From Vicugna vicugna (taxonomy: Eukaryota), in NCBI GenBank assembly GCA_013265495.1, contig MU057503.1, forward strand, positions 558,001 through 622,000: DNA of 64,000 bases, in the 5' to 3' direction. The translations under genes were made by a program, and so were the position numbers. Numbering within the stretch: the first letter of the stretch is position 1; each line of letters opens with the position of its first letter. Below are positions 12,954-24,130 of the stretch, one piece after another. Below the pieces are notes generated by a model that worked only from the letters and a program-made list of their open reading frames with translations, searched no databases and was not told where the DNA came from.

Positions 12954-15900
12954 GGAAAGACAAATTTGATGAAAAGTCCCTTAAACACCCCACGGCTTGC
13001 GTGCTGTATACGGCCTGGAATGTGAACGGCGCTCAACAGACTGACACCACTGGGTGTGCTCCGAAAGGGACACAGAGTCCATGAGAAAGAACCATCTCTG
13101 TAAATGATTCCGCCCAGACTCAAGCTTCTTCTGCATCGTTGGTGCCTTATTTATCACAGTTTACATCACAAGAAAATCTGATTATAAAATTATTTAATTC
13201 TTTAAAAAAAAAAATCAAGCCAGAGTGTCGGACACTAAGAGTTCCTGCTTCAGCAAAGTCCCCATTTGCCTTTAATTTGGGGGGAAACGTGGCAGTTAGC
13301 TGGCCCAGTGACCCCCCCTTGCTATTCCATTCACAGCGTAAGGCAGTGTTTTTCTAATTGATTTCCTCCTTTCTTTCATCTGGTCCTACGTTTCAACTAC
13401 CTTCCCTCCGTGGTTCCCCCGGCATAAGGAATGCTAAATTTGGCAACACTTCCACAGAAGTCTAGCTATTTTTTTATCCAAGAAACTCCACTAATGTGTT
13501 CAGGCGTTCATCACCTTCCCTCTTTGTGTGGTAATACACGTGTGTGTGCGCTTACACACACGCACCCACGGTAATTACAATGTGTGCTCGCTGAGATCAC
13601 TGTGACAAGAATTTGAGAGATGTGTTTCCGCAGACTTCACCCCCCACCCGCAAGGTCTCACTGACATGAAAATACGCTCTTCCATTTCTTCTAAAACTGG
13701 GTGTAACTAGAGCATATTCTAAAAATAAGTGCTTCCCCCTCCCCTCCCTAGAAGCCAAAATAGCACATTTATTTTTTCCTCCACCACCTACTCCTCTTGA
13801 AAAGATGTTTCACCAAATCTTAGTACTGAGAGGAACATTAAAGGACCATCTGGGTGGTTCTTTTACTACCAGATCAAACACAATAAATGAAGTCAATAAA
13901 GATATATTTACTGTAGAATTAACTACCTAATTTCTTTAAACCCTCAACCTTTCCAACTAGCTTAATCTTTTCACATGCTAGTTTTAAAAAAGTACATAAA
14001 AATGTAGTGTTTTTTTAAACCCTCAAGAAGTTTGGGTATTTTTCCCAACGATCAAGGAAATCATAGAAAAACTGCCGACGGCTTTTGTGCTCAACAAGGT
14101 CCGATTTGGAGTATTTTCCTCCATTTTAGTTGTCACGAGCCCCAAGACATAAGTCTAGAATAAATTACCCACAAAACACACGCACATACTATCATTCCTT
14201 TGTAAGTATGGTCTAAAAGGATCAACTTAAATGACTCCAAAGATTCAATTGACAAGATAATTGATTTATCTGCTCAATCAGGAGTCCCTCTCGAGGCTAC
14301 TTTCTACTCAGCAGGACTGATTTCTCCCGTGTTATGTCTAAATATTACATTTAAGTGAGGTTTATCTCTAAATCAAAGAACGGATCCAATGTCTAAGGCC
14401 TGGGGTTTTATTTTGCTCCTTTTTGTTGCAAGGAAGAGTGAGTGCAATGAAGGGGAAAAAGAGGTGTGTGTGAAATGAGACTAATTCAGCGGGAAATAAT
14501 TGCAAGAAAGAAAATATGTTGCTCAGGATCGCTGTAATTTGGTTTGAAAGTCTCAGAGATGGTGCAACTCCAGGGTCATTCTTTGTCTCCTACCAATTTC
14601 AGGTTGCAAGAGAAAAAGCAGTATCAAACAACAGAAGGGAGTGAGTGTTGTGTAGTTTCAATAGGGCTTGGCAGCTGCCCAAGTGGGTTAAACATGGTTC
14701 TGAGCACATTGCTAATAGTGTCAGTCACAAGTAATAAGATTCTGCATGGTTTTAGTATCTGGGCCTGCTTTTGGTTTATTCTCAGGACAAGCCAATCTGT
14801 CAGTCAGGCAATGGGAAAGGGAAAAACCAGTACTGCCTAATATTGCCACCTGCTGGCTACTAGTGGAATCACATGCCTTTTTTTTTTTCTTGGAGGAACT
14901 TTCTGTTCTATCAAAAACAAAGACAAAAAACCCTCTCGCTTAAATACAGACATACAGGTCCACTTACGACGAATATCCTAGTTTTCAAGACCACTAGGAT
15001 TTATAAGCTATAAATAAGCTCTGCATTCATCCTCCTTTCCCATCATCTTGTCACCATATGGAGTTTCGTTTTTTTTTTAACCAACAAAGCCAAGCTGAGT
15101 GGTATTTCCGACCATTACTCAGTGATAGGAAGATGTACGGCAGGTTTACAAGTTAAAATATTGCCATTTTTCTCCCTTCATCACAACCAGACTTCCAAAT
15201 GTTCTTCACCGTGGCGAGGACTCTACGACCACACTGAAGCAGCAGCAGGGCAGAATTTTGAGATTCTTCTGCCTGTGTCCAGAACTCAGTTCCCGTAGGT
15301 GGGAGGTCAAGGGCTCACCACTGCGGACTTGGTTCTGATTCTGAGGAGGGCAAAGGCCCGCTGCAACTACACCTACACCGGAAGTGACTCCCGACATGGG
15401 CGTGAAATGCTGACACCCCTGTTGTGGCGCGTGGGGCAGCAGGGTGCCGACCGACACCGGGACTTAGAACACATTTATCTTCTTCACAACGGTCACCCCG
15501 GGCCAGGCAACAGCCTAAACACAGCTGTGGGAAAACTCAGCCAGGAAAGCAGGTGCTGGTACAAAAGTGCGACTGGGAAGCAGAGATGAAGGCGGAAAGT
15601 TCCTAAGATGCTGGCCTTTTTGGAAGGCAGGGTTCATCTTCCACGGTGGACACAGGAGGAGTGGACGATGCAAGCTTCTCACACGCTGAAGGGAGTTCCA
15701 GGAGGAGACACAATAGGGGCCGTGGGGCACCCCTGCCTCTGCCAGCACGTGTTAGAGGCCAGAGGTCACCTTCTCACAAGCCACGCACTTTGCCAGGCAC
15801 CCCAAGGATCAGAGAGAAAGAGAAAACAGTGCCTTCAAAGAAGCATCCAGAATTGGATGAAACCTATCATCTCCCCTCATCCTCGGCATCTTCCCCCCGG

Positions 15901-16949
15901 CTGCGTTAGTATTTTTCAACAAGTCCCTACTTTTTCCTAGAAAAAAGTACTATTTATTCTGGCCTGGTGTTTCTGAATCTTTTTAATCAATTCTCTCTTT
16001 GAGACAGATAGCAACATTTCCCTTAATGCCACTTAGAATACTGAAACCAATGAGATATTATATACCTCTATGTTCCTCTAAGGTGACTACAAGTGCTCCC
16101 AGATATAAAATCAAATCTTTTACTGCTGGACCCCCATGGCATCTAGAAGAACGCTGGCTATAAAATATAAGCTCAATAAACACTAGTGACTGAGACGGGC
16201 ATTGGTGGGAGGTGGGGAGAAAGAGAGAGCAAAGACCTCTGACTGGATTTTGCTGAACTGTCGTAAATAAAGCAGAACCCCAAACGAAAGGCCAGCTTTG
16301 CCTTTAAAGGTATCTGAAGTTACATTCTGAATCTCAGGAGGGGCAGCTGCAAAAAAGCATCAGTGAGGCAAATTTGAGGCTTAGGTGCTGGGCCTCGGGA
16401 ATTCTTAGGGATTAAAAGTAAAAAAGAAGCAAGAGAGCCACAAAGCAGAAAAGGCTGAATCTTATCCAATCTTGAGTTTTCCTATCACAGAGGATCCGAA
16501 CGGCATACAACCTGCAATGCCTAGAGAACAGCTAGAAACAGGAACGTCGCAAAGGGGCTGGCTGTGTAAGGCAAAAAATTAGGAATGACTCGGCAATTCC
16601 CAACCTGCCCCTCCCTGAAAGGCCTGAGGAGGAACTACCAAGGTCAGGCCAACAGCGTAAGGACGTCAGCCGTGTGCCAAGCATGGCAAAGAACTCACGC
16701 TGACCTTGAAACACTGACTCTCAAAAACCTGATATTGAGAGAGGGAGGAAAGAAAACGAATTCTTTACGGGTTGGCAAGGGCCTTCCGGATCATTCAATC
16801 AAGAGTACGCTGTGTAACTGTGCTTTAAGTTCTGAACCTCAGCCCAGACTATTTAATGGTTAAGTCAGGCACATTTCTGTGATGCGGGAGAGATTTTTCC
16901 TGAAGTCCCTGATGAAGCAAAGAAAAAAATGAGAGCATCTCTCTATAAT

Positions 16950-17081
16950 TAGGGTAGACATAAGACATCATTTGGACAGGGACGCTTGTGAGAGTACAAG
17001 GGGACAATATTCGTAACTATTCTGGGCCAACAGGCATCGACTGGCTCAGTCCCGAGCAGAGCAGGAGGTAGGGCCACCCTG
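16950..17081 (+). mobile_element. MER94-like hAT-Blackjack non-autonomous DNA transposon
   Basis: Terminal inverted repeats tagggt.../...caccctg. Internal gggacgcttgtgagagtacaagggg and caacaggcat match my recollection of MER94. About 132 nt. Confidence 0.7.
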
Positions 17082-17883
17082 CCAGGAACAGGAGAACCAA
17101 GGAATGGTGAGCTTTCTCACTTAATATGGCCAAGCACACGGTGCAAAGTCCAGGCAGGCCTGTGTCACACTAGGGGCTAGAGAGACAATCTGGGGAAAAA
17201 GTAAGCTTGAAGAGGAAGCTATAACGTGGAATGGGTTGGAAAAGAGCAGATATGGCTTAAAACCCCAAAATTCTAGTATAGCACAGGCTGGTTACAGACA
17301 GCCTCTCCAGCTCACCTTACATCATTCCTGCCCTTGAAATCTGTCCTCTGCCCACAGTGGACGTCAGCTTGCTGCCTCTGGCCCATGTGGGTTCTCTCAC
17401 ATAGATGGTTTCCTCTCCCCAGAAGGCTCTCCAGGCGCCCACGTTCTGTCTGCCTTATTCCTACTCCCCGAGCACCACTTCTCCGAGGACCCTTCGCTTC
17501 ATCTCTTTAACAGAGTCCTACTTCACCCTGCAGTTCCTCCTCTCAAGGCCCATCCCATTTACATTTTACTTGTTTAATACCCGCCTTTGCCTAATTTCTT
17601 CAATGCTCTTTTCCCAATGAGGCCTGCGTTATAGTTTGATCCTAATGAATACTTATTGATGGAATGAATTACATGGGGAAGTGAAATGATCTTTTCGCTG
17701 GCAACTAAGAAACTTTCTGGTAGTGAACTAGTTTGTGAAAAGCTGAAAAACTTTCAAAAACGAAAAATGAGGCTCTTTACTAAGTATTTTTCTGAGGGAG
17801 ACTCCCACGTCAGGTAGTTTTACCCTGAGCCATTGATGGGCAGAAACAGCCTGAGACGGGTGTGGAGGCCTGACTCAATGTGA

Positions 17884-17900
17884 CACTGCCCTCTAGTGGA
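17884..17900 (-). promoter_or_regulatory. Candidate CTCF binding site
   Basis: Plus strand cactgccctctagtgga reads TCCACTAGAGGGCAGTG on the minus strand, a close match to the CTCF core CCAC(C/T)AG(A/G)GGGC(A/G). Motif only; occupancy unknown. Confidence 0.55.
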
Positions 17901-19089
17901 TGAAACTGAGAATACAGCAGTTGGAAGTAAATGATGTCCCATGACACTCACTAGTCATCACTGAAAGAAATGGAAAAACCCAAAGTTTCTTTTGTTTTTC
18001 ACTCCTATCACGTAAGCTGACTTTTTCTCCCACTAGGAGGACAGTCCACTGTCCAATTTCCACCTCGAATGAATATTTAGCTTTCTGAGCACCTGTGTTT
18101 ACAGCTGTTCACATCAGAAAGCTGGAGAGGATTTTATACCAAGCCTGAGTAGGAGTCAATTTCACTACCCTCATCCTTTTTTCCTAAATAATCTTTTCCA
18201 GGCTCCTGGTATTTTTCTTGGGATTGAAGGCGACCAGATACTCCTGAGACAGAGATGCATTTTAAACCACCTGCTACTCAAAGGGTAAATATCTATGTGA
18301 CAAGAAGAGAAATGCTGGGACCAAAAGAGAAATGAGTTAAAGTGAGGAGAGAGGGCAGATTAGAGGTGCGAATACATGAACTATTTTTGCCTTATAAATC
18401 AGTCAGAAGATGCAGTTCAGTATTATCTACTTTCCTCCTCTCATGAGCACTCTACCTGGCATGGTGAGAGGCTGGAGTCTGGAGTGTGCCTGGTGGGCGC
18501 CCTCAGTTCTGGAGTGACCTTTGTAGCTGCTCTTGCTTAAGAGCTCATCATCTCTTTTTCATCTCCAGGTTTTAACGACAATACTGCCCACTCGCTTGAC
18601 TCTAGTCCTCCTGGCATCTGTACTTATCTCTTACTCTATCTGCACACAGGCTGCTCAGGAGAGAAAAATCTTTGGAGCCTAAATAACTGCCTCAGTAGAA
18701 CGTGAGCTCAGAGCGGGAAGGAGATGGCGCAGAACAGACCTTCTGTGTGATTCTCACCAGGCAGACGGACAGCAGGGCACACAGCGGGGGGCAGCTGAGT
18801 GCCCTGAGTTCTCAAGAGGCGAGGCTGAATCCCTGGACCAGACATATTCAAATTTAAATGTCCAAACAAATCCATGTCCCCAAGTAAAACAAGCAATTCT
18901 TAGAAACCGGCCCCCCTTGCTTTAAGGAGTGGAACCACACTGTCAATCACGGGGGAAACCTGTTCTCAGATTAGATGTGTACGGGAGGCGCACTTTTGAG
19001 CACTCTGCTACAAGCTCTGGTTCCCCAAACACCTGGAACTCATACGCGCATGTAAAACAGGTGGCAAGCACGCTCACATTTCAGTTAAG

Positions 19090-19900
19090 TGGAACCGCAG
19101 AAGCGCCGGCAGAAAGCCGCAGTAGCACGCCCACCCCATGCACTGCCCCTCTCCCCTCTCCCCTCTCCTCCATTTTTGCCAGCACTGGATGCTGGAACTC
19201 GCGTGCTGCCCACCTCTTTTGAGAACGAAAGCCCCGCTGTGAAAGGGAGAAGGCGGAGGGGACCAGGCCGCAAGCGGACAGGCCAGAGACACGCCCTTCC
19301 CGGGAACTGCCTAAGAAGCAAGGCTGTGGCTTCCGCGACCGCCCGGCCCCTGGCGCCCGGGGATCTTCGGCAGTACCTACCATTTCCTTGAACGCACTTT
19401 CCAGAGCCCCGATGACGAGGCACTCGTGCGGGATCTTCTTCTCGGTGAAGAAGCGCGTGGGGGGCGTGCTGGGGGAGCCCGGGGCGCCCACCCCTCCGCG
19501 GAGCGAGGCCGCCCGGGTCAGAGTCCGGCTGTTGGCGGGCGCGTGGTCGGGCTCCTCGCCCAGGCAGGTGGGCGGCAGCACGGCCGAGTTCTTCAGGATC
19601 TCCACGATGTCCTGCAGCTGCTCCGTGACGTGGTGCTGCAGCAGGCGGGAGGCCACCACGGCGGCCCCGGACCCCGCGTGACCGTCGAACAGCGACCAGT
19701 AGTGGCAGGACATGCCTTCTGATTCCTGCGGGGAGAGGGTGGCAGGGAGGAGTGAGAACCCCAGTGGCCACGGCCCCAGGGGGAGGGGACGCCTCCAGGG
19801 CTCCCGGCACCCCCCCTGACGGTCCGTCTCGGGCCTGCAGACAAGGAGGGTCAAAACAGGGCAAAACACTCAGGGAAGGGTCCCCGGATCCGGCACTACT
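19090..19900. promoter_or_regulatory. Intragenic CpG-island-like segment over exon 3 (repeated at ~21558-22270)
   Basis: Visibly very high GC and CpG density (e.g. ggcgggcgcgtggtcggg, ccacggcggccccggaccccgcg) against CpG-poor flanking intron. Not computed formally. Confidence 0.7.
19381..19725 (-). CDS. PPM1H: PPM1H coding exon 3 equivalent, copy left of the gap, 345 nt / 115 aa; one of the two copies is probably an assembly duplicate
   Basis: Same splice sites and peptide as 21753-22097 (offset 2372 nt). Embedded in ORF 19081..19869(-). FDGHAG motif present. Confidence 0.9.
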
Positions 19901-20679
19901 GTCACCATCACCCAAGGGATAAAGCGGTCCCTGCCTGTCCACCCAGGGGAGGAGCCCAGGTCACCATCTGCTCAGTTACTACTTGGGCCAGATCTACTTT
20001 CATGAGATGTATAGAAGTTAGAGGTTACAGCTCCATACAAACAGGTAAAGTCTGTACAATTTCAACATCTAACTCCTCACCTCCTTTCTACTGCAGCCCC
20101 AGAGGAGGTTTGGCCCGCAGTCTTTGGAGGAAGTTTGGCCCTTTTTGCAGGCTTTTCAAGGAGAAATAAGTAGACCCATTCCCCTCCCCCTCCCCCTGGG
20201 CTTTACGCTCTCAGATAATTGCCCCATCTGCCTACGTCTACATCCTGAATTTTTAGAGCATGTTTCCCCCTTAGACACCCAGTCTAGTCCAGCCTTTAAA
20301 AGATGCAAGCAATTCAAATCTCTTCGTATTTCCTACTTCCCTCAGTTTCCCAGCTGTCACTCAGCATCTTGGCTTCCTCTTCCTGCCCTAAAGCTACGTG
20401 CAGCCCCTGTTCCTTCATCTGCCATGGATTTGGTACCTGCTGCTTGATTTTTGAGACTGTTTCAAGATAAACACTTTAAAAAACCGTGATTGCATCACAC
20501 ATGCCTAAGATCTTATTAGCTATGGGGGGAAAAAGGAGCTCAATTATGGTGCATCTGGAGGAGCAAGGTATTAAACACTGAGATTAAGTATGTATGGCGC
20601 ATGTAACACCCACTCCTGACTCTGCAGCAATAAATGCTGAATTCTTTTTTTCGTTGAAGCCATTAAAGTTCTTTTGGTC

Positions 20680-21150
20680 TATTTTTTTACTGAAATAGAT
20701 TTGACCTTTAACATTGTGTAAATTTCAGGTGCACCACATGTTGATTTGATATATTCATATATTGTAATACAGTTGCCATCAGAGCAGGAGTTAACATCTC
20801 AATCACTTCACATAACTATTTGTTTATTTTTTACTGGATTTGACCTTTAACATTGTGTAAATTTCAGGTGCACCACATGTTGATTTGATATATTCATATA
20901 TTGTAATACAGTTGCCATCAGAGCAGGAGTTAACATCTCAATCACTTCACATAACTATTTGTTTTATGTAGTTAGAATAATTAGGATCTAAATGTTTTTT
21001 GATTATTATAACACAATATTATTGTCTACTGTTCACTATATGGTGCATTAGATCTCTAGGACTGACTTACCACTTGTTGCAAGTTTGTACCTGTACCCAA
21101 TATCTCTCCTATCGCCCCACCCTCCAGTCCCTGGTAACCACCATTCTTGG
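20680..21150 (-). mobile_element. L1MA-like 3' UTR fragment (second copy at ~23052-23385)
   Basis: T-run, then aacattgtgtaaatttcaggtg...cattagatctctagga...cccctggtaaccaccattct-like motifs of reverse-complemented L1MA 3' ends. Confidence 0.65.
20698..20965. repeat. Tandem duplication with 139-nt period inside an L1 fragment; present only in the left copy of the 2 kb block
   Basis: gatttgacctttaacattgtg...cataactatttgttt begins at 20698 and again at 20837. It occurs once at 23070-23200. Confidence 0.95.
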
Positions 21151-21218
21151 TCCATCTTAGAATGATGCTGGAAGATACTGTATAGTTACGGTGACATATA
21201 CCAGTACTCTATTTGTGC

Positions 21219-21557
21219 NNNNNNNNNNNNNNNNNNNNNNNNNNNNNNNNNNNNNNNNNNNNNNNNNNNNNNNNNNNNNNNNNNNNNNNNNNNNNNNNNN
21301 NNNNNNNNNNNNNNNNNNNNNNNNNNNNNNNNNNNNNNNNNNNNNNNNNNNNNNNNNNNNNNNNNNNNNNNNNNNNNNNNNNNNNNNNNNNNNNNNNNNN
21401 NNNNNNNNNNNNNNNNNNNNNNNNNNNNNNNNNNNNNNNNNNNNNNNNNNNNNNNNNNNNNNNNNNNNNNNNNNNNNNNNNNNNNNNNNNNNNNNNNNNN
21501 NNNNNNNNNNNNNNNNNNNNNNNNNNNNNNNNNNNNNNNNNNNNNNNNNNNNNNNNN
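21219..21557. other. Assembly gap (339 N)
   Basis: Run of n in the sequence. Confidence 1.
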
Positions 21558-21752
21558 TGGATGCTGGAACTCGCGTGCTGCCCACCTCTTTTGAGAACGA
21601 AAGCCCCGCTGTGAAAGGGAGAAGGCGGAGGGGACCAGGCCGCAAGCGGACAGGCCAGAGACACGCCCTTCCCGGGAACTGCCTAAGAAGCAAGGCTGTG
21701 GCTTCCGCGACCGCCCGGCCCCTGGCGCCCGGGGATCTTCGGCAGTACCTAC

Positions 21753-22097
21753 CATTTCCTTGAACGCACTTTCCAGAGCCCCGATGACGAGGCACTCGTG
21801 CGGGATCTTCTTCTCGGTGAAGAAGCGCGTGGGGGGCGTGCTGGGGGAGCCCGGGGCGCCCACCCCTCCGCGGAGCGAGGCCGCCCGGGTCAGAGTCCGG
21901 CTGTTGGCGGGCGCGTGGTCGGGCTCCTCGCCCAGGCAGGTGGGCGGCAGCACGGCCGAGTTCTTCAGGATCTCCACGATGTCCTGCAGCTGCTCCGTGA
22001 CGTGGTGCTGCAGCAGGCGGGAGGCCACCACGGCGGCCCCGGACCCCGCGTGACCGTCGAACAGCGACCAGTAGTGGCAGGACATGCCTTCTGATTC
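21753..22097 (-). CDS. PPM1H: PPM1H coding exon 3 equivalent, copy right of the gap, 345 nt / 115 aa: ESEGMSCHYWSLFDGHAGSGAAVVASRLLQHHVTEQ...IGALESAFKEM
   Basis: Acceptor ctctccccgcAG|GAA TCA and donor GAA ATG|GTagg. Carries the PP2C 'FDGHAG' metal-binding motif. Phase 0-0. I saw no differences from 19381-19725 in the exon. Confidence 0.9.
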
Positions 22098-23511
22098 CTG
22101 CGGGGAGAGGGTGGCAGGGAGGAGTGAGAACCCCAGTGGCCACGGCCCCAGGGGGAGGGGACGCCTCCAGGGCTCCCGGCACCCCCCCTGACGGTCCGTC
22201 TCGGGCCTGCAGACAAGGAGGGTCAAAACAGGGCAAAACACTCAGGGAAGGGTCCCCGGATCCGGCACTACTGTCACCATCACCCAAGGGATAAAGCGGT
22301 CCCTGCCTGTCCACCCAGGGGAGGAGCCCAGGTCACCATCTGCTCAGTTACTACTTGGGCCAGATCTACTTTCATGAGATGTATAGAAGTTAGAGGTTAC
22401 AGCTCCATACAAACAGGTAAAGTCTGTACTTTTTCAACATCTAACTCCTCACCTCCTTTCCACTGCAGCCCCAGAGGAGGTTTGGCCTGCAGTCTTTGGA
22501 GGAAGTTTGGCCCTTTTTGCAGGCTTTTCAAGGAGAAATAAGTAGACCCATTCCCCTCCCCCTCCCCCTGGGCTTTACGCTCTCAGATAATTGCCCCATC
22601 TGCCTACGTCTACATCCTGAATTTTTAGAGCATGTTTCCCCCTTAGACACCCAGTCTAGTCCAGCCTTTAAAAGATGCAAGCAATTCAAATCTCTTCGTA
22701 TTTCCTACTTCCCTCAGTTTCCCAGCTGTCACTCAGCATCTTGGCTTCCTCTTCCTGCCCTAAAGCTACGTGCAGCCCCTGTTCCTTCATCTGCCATGGA
22801 TTTGGTACCTGCTGCTTGATTTTTGAGACTGTTTCAAGATAAACACTTTAAAAAACCGTGATTGCATCACACATGCCTAAGATCTTATTAGCTATGGGGG
22901 GAAAAAGGAGCTCAATTATGGTGCATCTGGAGGAGCAAGGTATTAAACACTGAGATTAAGTATGTATGGCGCATGTAACACCCACTCCTGACTCTGCAGC
23001 AATAAATGCTGAATTCTTTTTTTCGTTGAAGCCATTAAAGTTCTTTTGGTCTATTTTTTTACTGAAATAGATTTGACCTTTAACATTGTGTAAATTTCAG
23101 GTGCACCACATGTTGATTTGATATATTCATATATTGTAATACAGTTGCCATCAGAGCAGGAGTTAACATCTCAATCACTTCACATAACTATTTGTTTTAT
23201 GTAGTTAGAATAATTAGGATCTAAATGTTTTTTGATTATTATAACACAATATTATTGTCTACTGTTCACTATATGGTGCATTAGATCTCTAGGACTGACT
23301 TACCACTTGTTGCAAGTTTGTACCTGTACCCAATATCTCTCCTATCGCCCCACCCTCCAGTCCCTGGTAACCACCATTCTTGGTCCATCTTAGAATGATG
23401 CTGGAAGATACTGTATAGTTACGGTGACATATACCAGTACTCTATTTGTGCCTTTTAAAACTTGTTTTTATTGGATTCTGTGCTAGATGCTTAGAGATTA
23501 TATATATAGGT

Positions 23512-24130
23512 CAACAGGTATTTACTGAGCACTCTTTCTGTGACAGGCACAAAAGTAGGCAGTGGAGCTATCAGACTAGATGAAAGCAGTATCAGACATG
23601 ATCTGATCTTAAGAATCCAGTGGGGGAGTTAGACAGTGATCAAATAATCACACAGATAAACATAAGATCATAATTCTGGTGAGGGTGATGAGGAGACATG
23701 CTTGATGATTTGAGGCCAGCAGGGGGCATACTGGAGGAGGCTTTCTGTAGCTGTAAGGATCAGGCTGAGGGCAGCTTGGAAGTTCACAAGATTAGGAGGG
23801 GAGAGGAGAGCAGCAACAGCAGGGGCAAAGGCCCTGTGGTAGAAGGTGTGCGATGAGCATGAGACTGAACCACGGCCACATGGCTGAATAGGGGAGTGAG
23901 GCAGGGAGGGAGAGGGGTGAGATGACGCTGGAGACTGAGATAGTGCCTGGATTACTCAGTCTTTCCAGGACACATGAAGGATCTTAGCTTTAGCTAAGAG
24001 TAACAACAAGCCATTGACTGAGGAGGGAGTGACAAAATTGATTTCTATTTTTAAAGGATCATTCAAGCTACCCTGTGAGGATTAGGAGAGAAGGAAGACT
24101 GAAAATGAGAATACCAGATGGGAGGTAAAT
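23512..24130 (-). mobile_element. L2 3' fragment
   Basis: tcaacaggtatttactgagcact...caggcac at the start; ggcaaaggccctgtggtag and ttttaaaggatcattcaagct downstream. Confidence 0.7.

Larger units (their letters stand above)
19186..23451. repeat. ~2 kb near-identical direct duplication (19186-21218 vs 21558-23451) flanking an N gap and containing PPM1H exon 3
   Basis: Sequence after the gap restarts at tggatgctggaactcgcg (=19186). Sequence before the gap ends ...ctctatttgtgc (=23451). Differences seen: 4 substitutions (20058, 20059, 20089, 20116) and a 139-nt insertion in the left copy. Confidence 0.95.

Noticed and set aside
19081..19869. 262-aa ORF as a stand-alone single-exon phosphatase or retrogene
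   Set aside because: PPM1H similarity is confined between canonical splice sites, and the flanks translate intron. Neighbouring exons are present at 10428 and 39780 with introns, so it is not processed.
19085..19942. 285-aa alternative-frame ORF, plus antisense ORFs (19388-19681, 19426-19722) over exon 3
   Set aside because: Shadow ORFs expected where GC is very high and stop codons are rare. Composition is Arg/Pro/Gly/Ala-rich with no recognisable domain.
21157..22314. Longest ORFs in the track (385 aa, 351 aa, 190 aa)
   Set aside because: Their length comes from reading through the N gap. Only 21753-22097 is real coding sequence.
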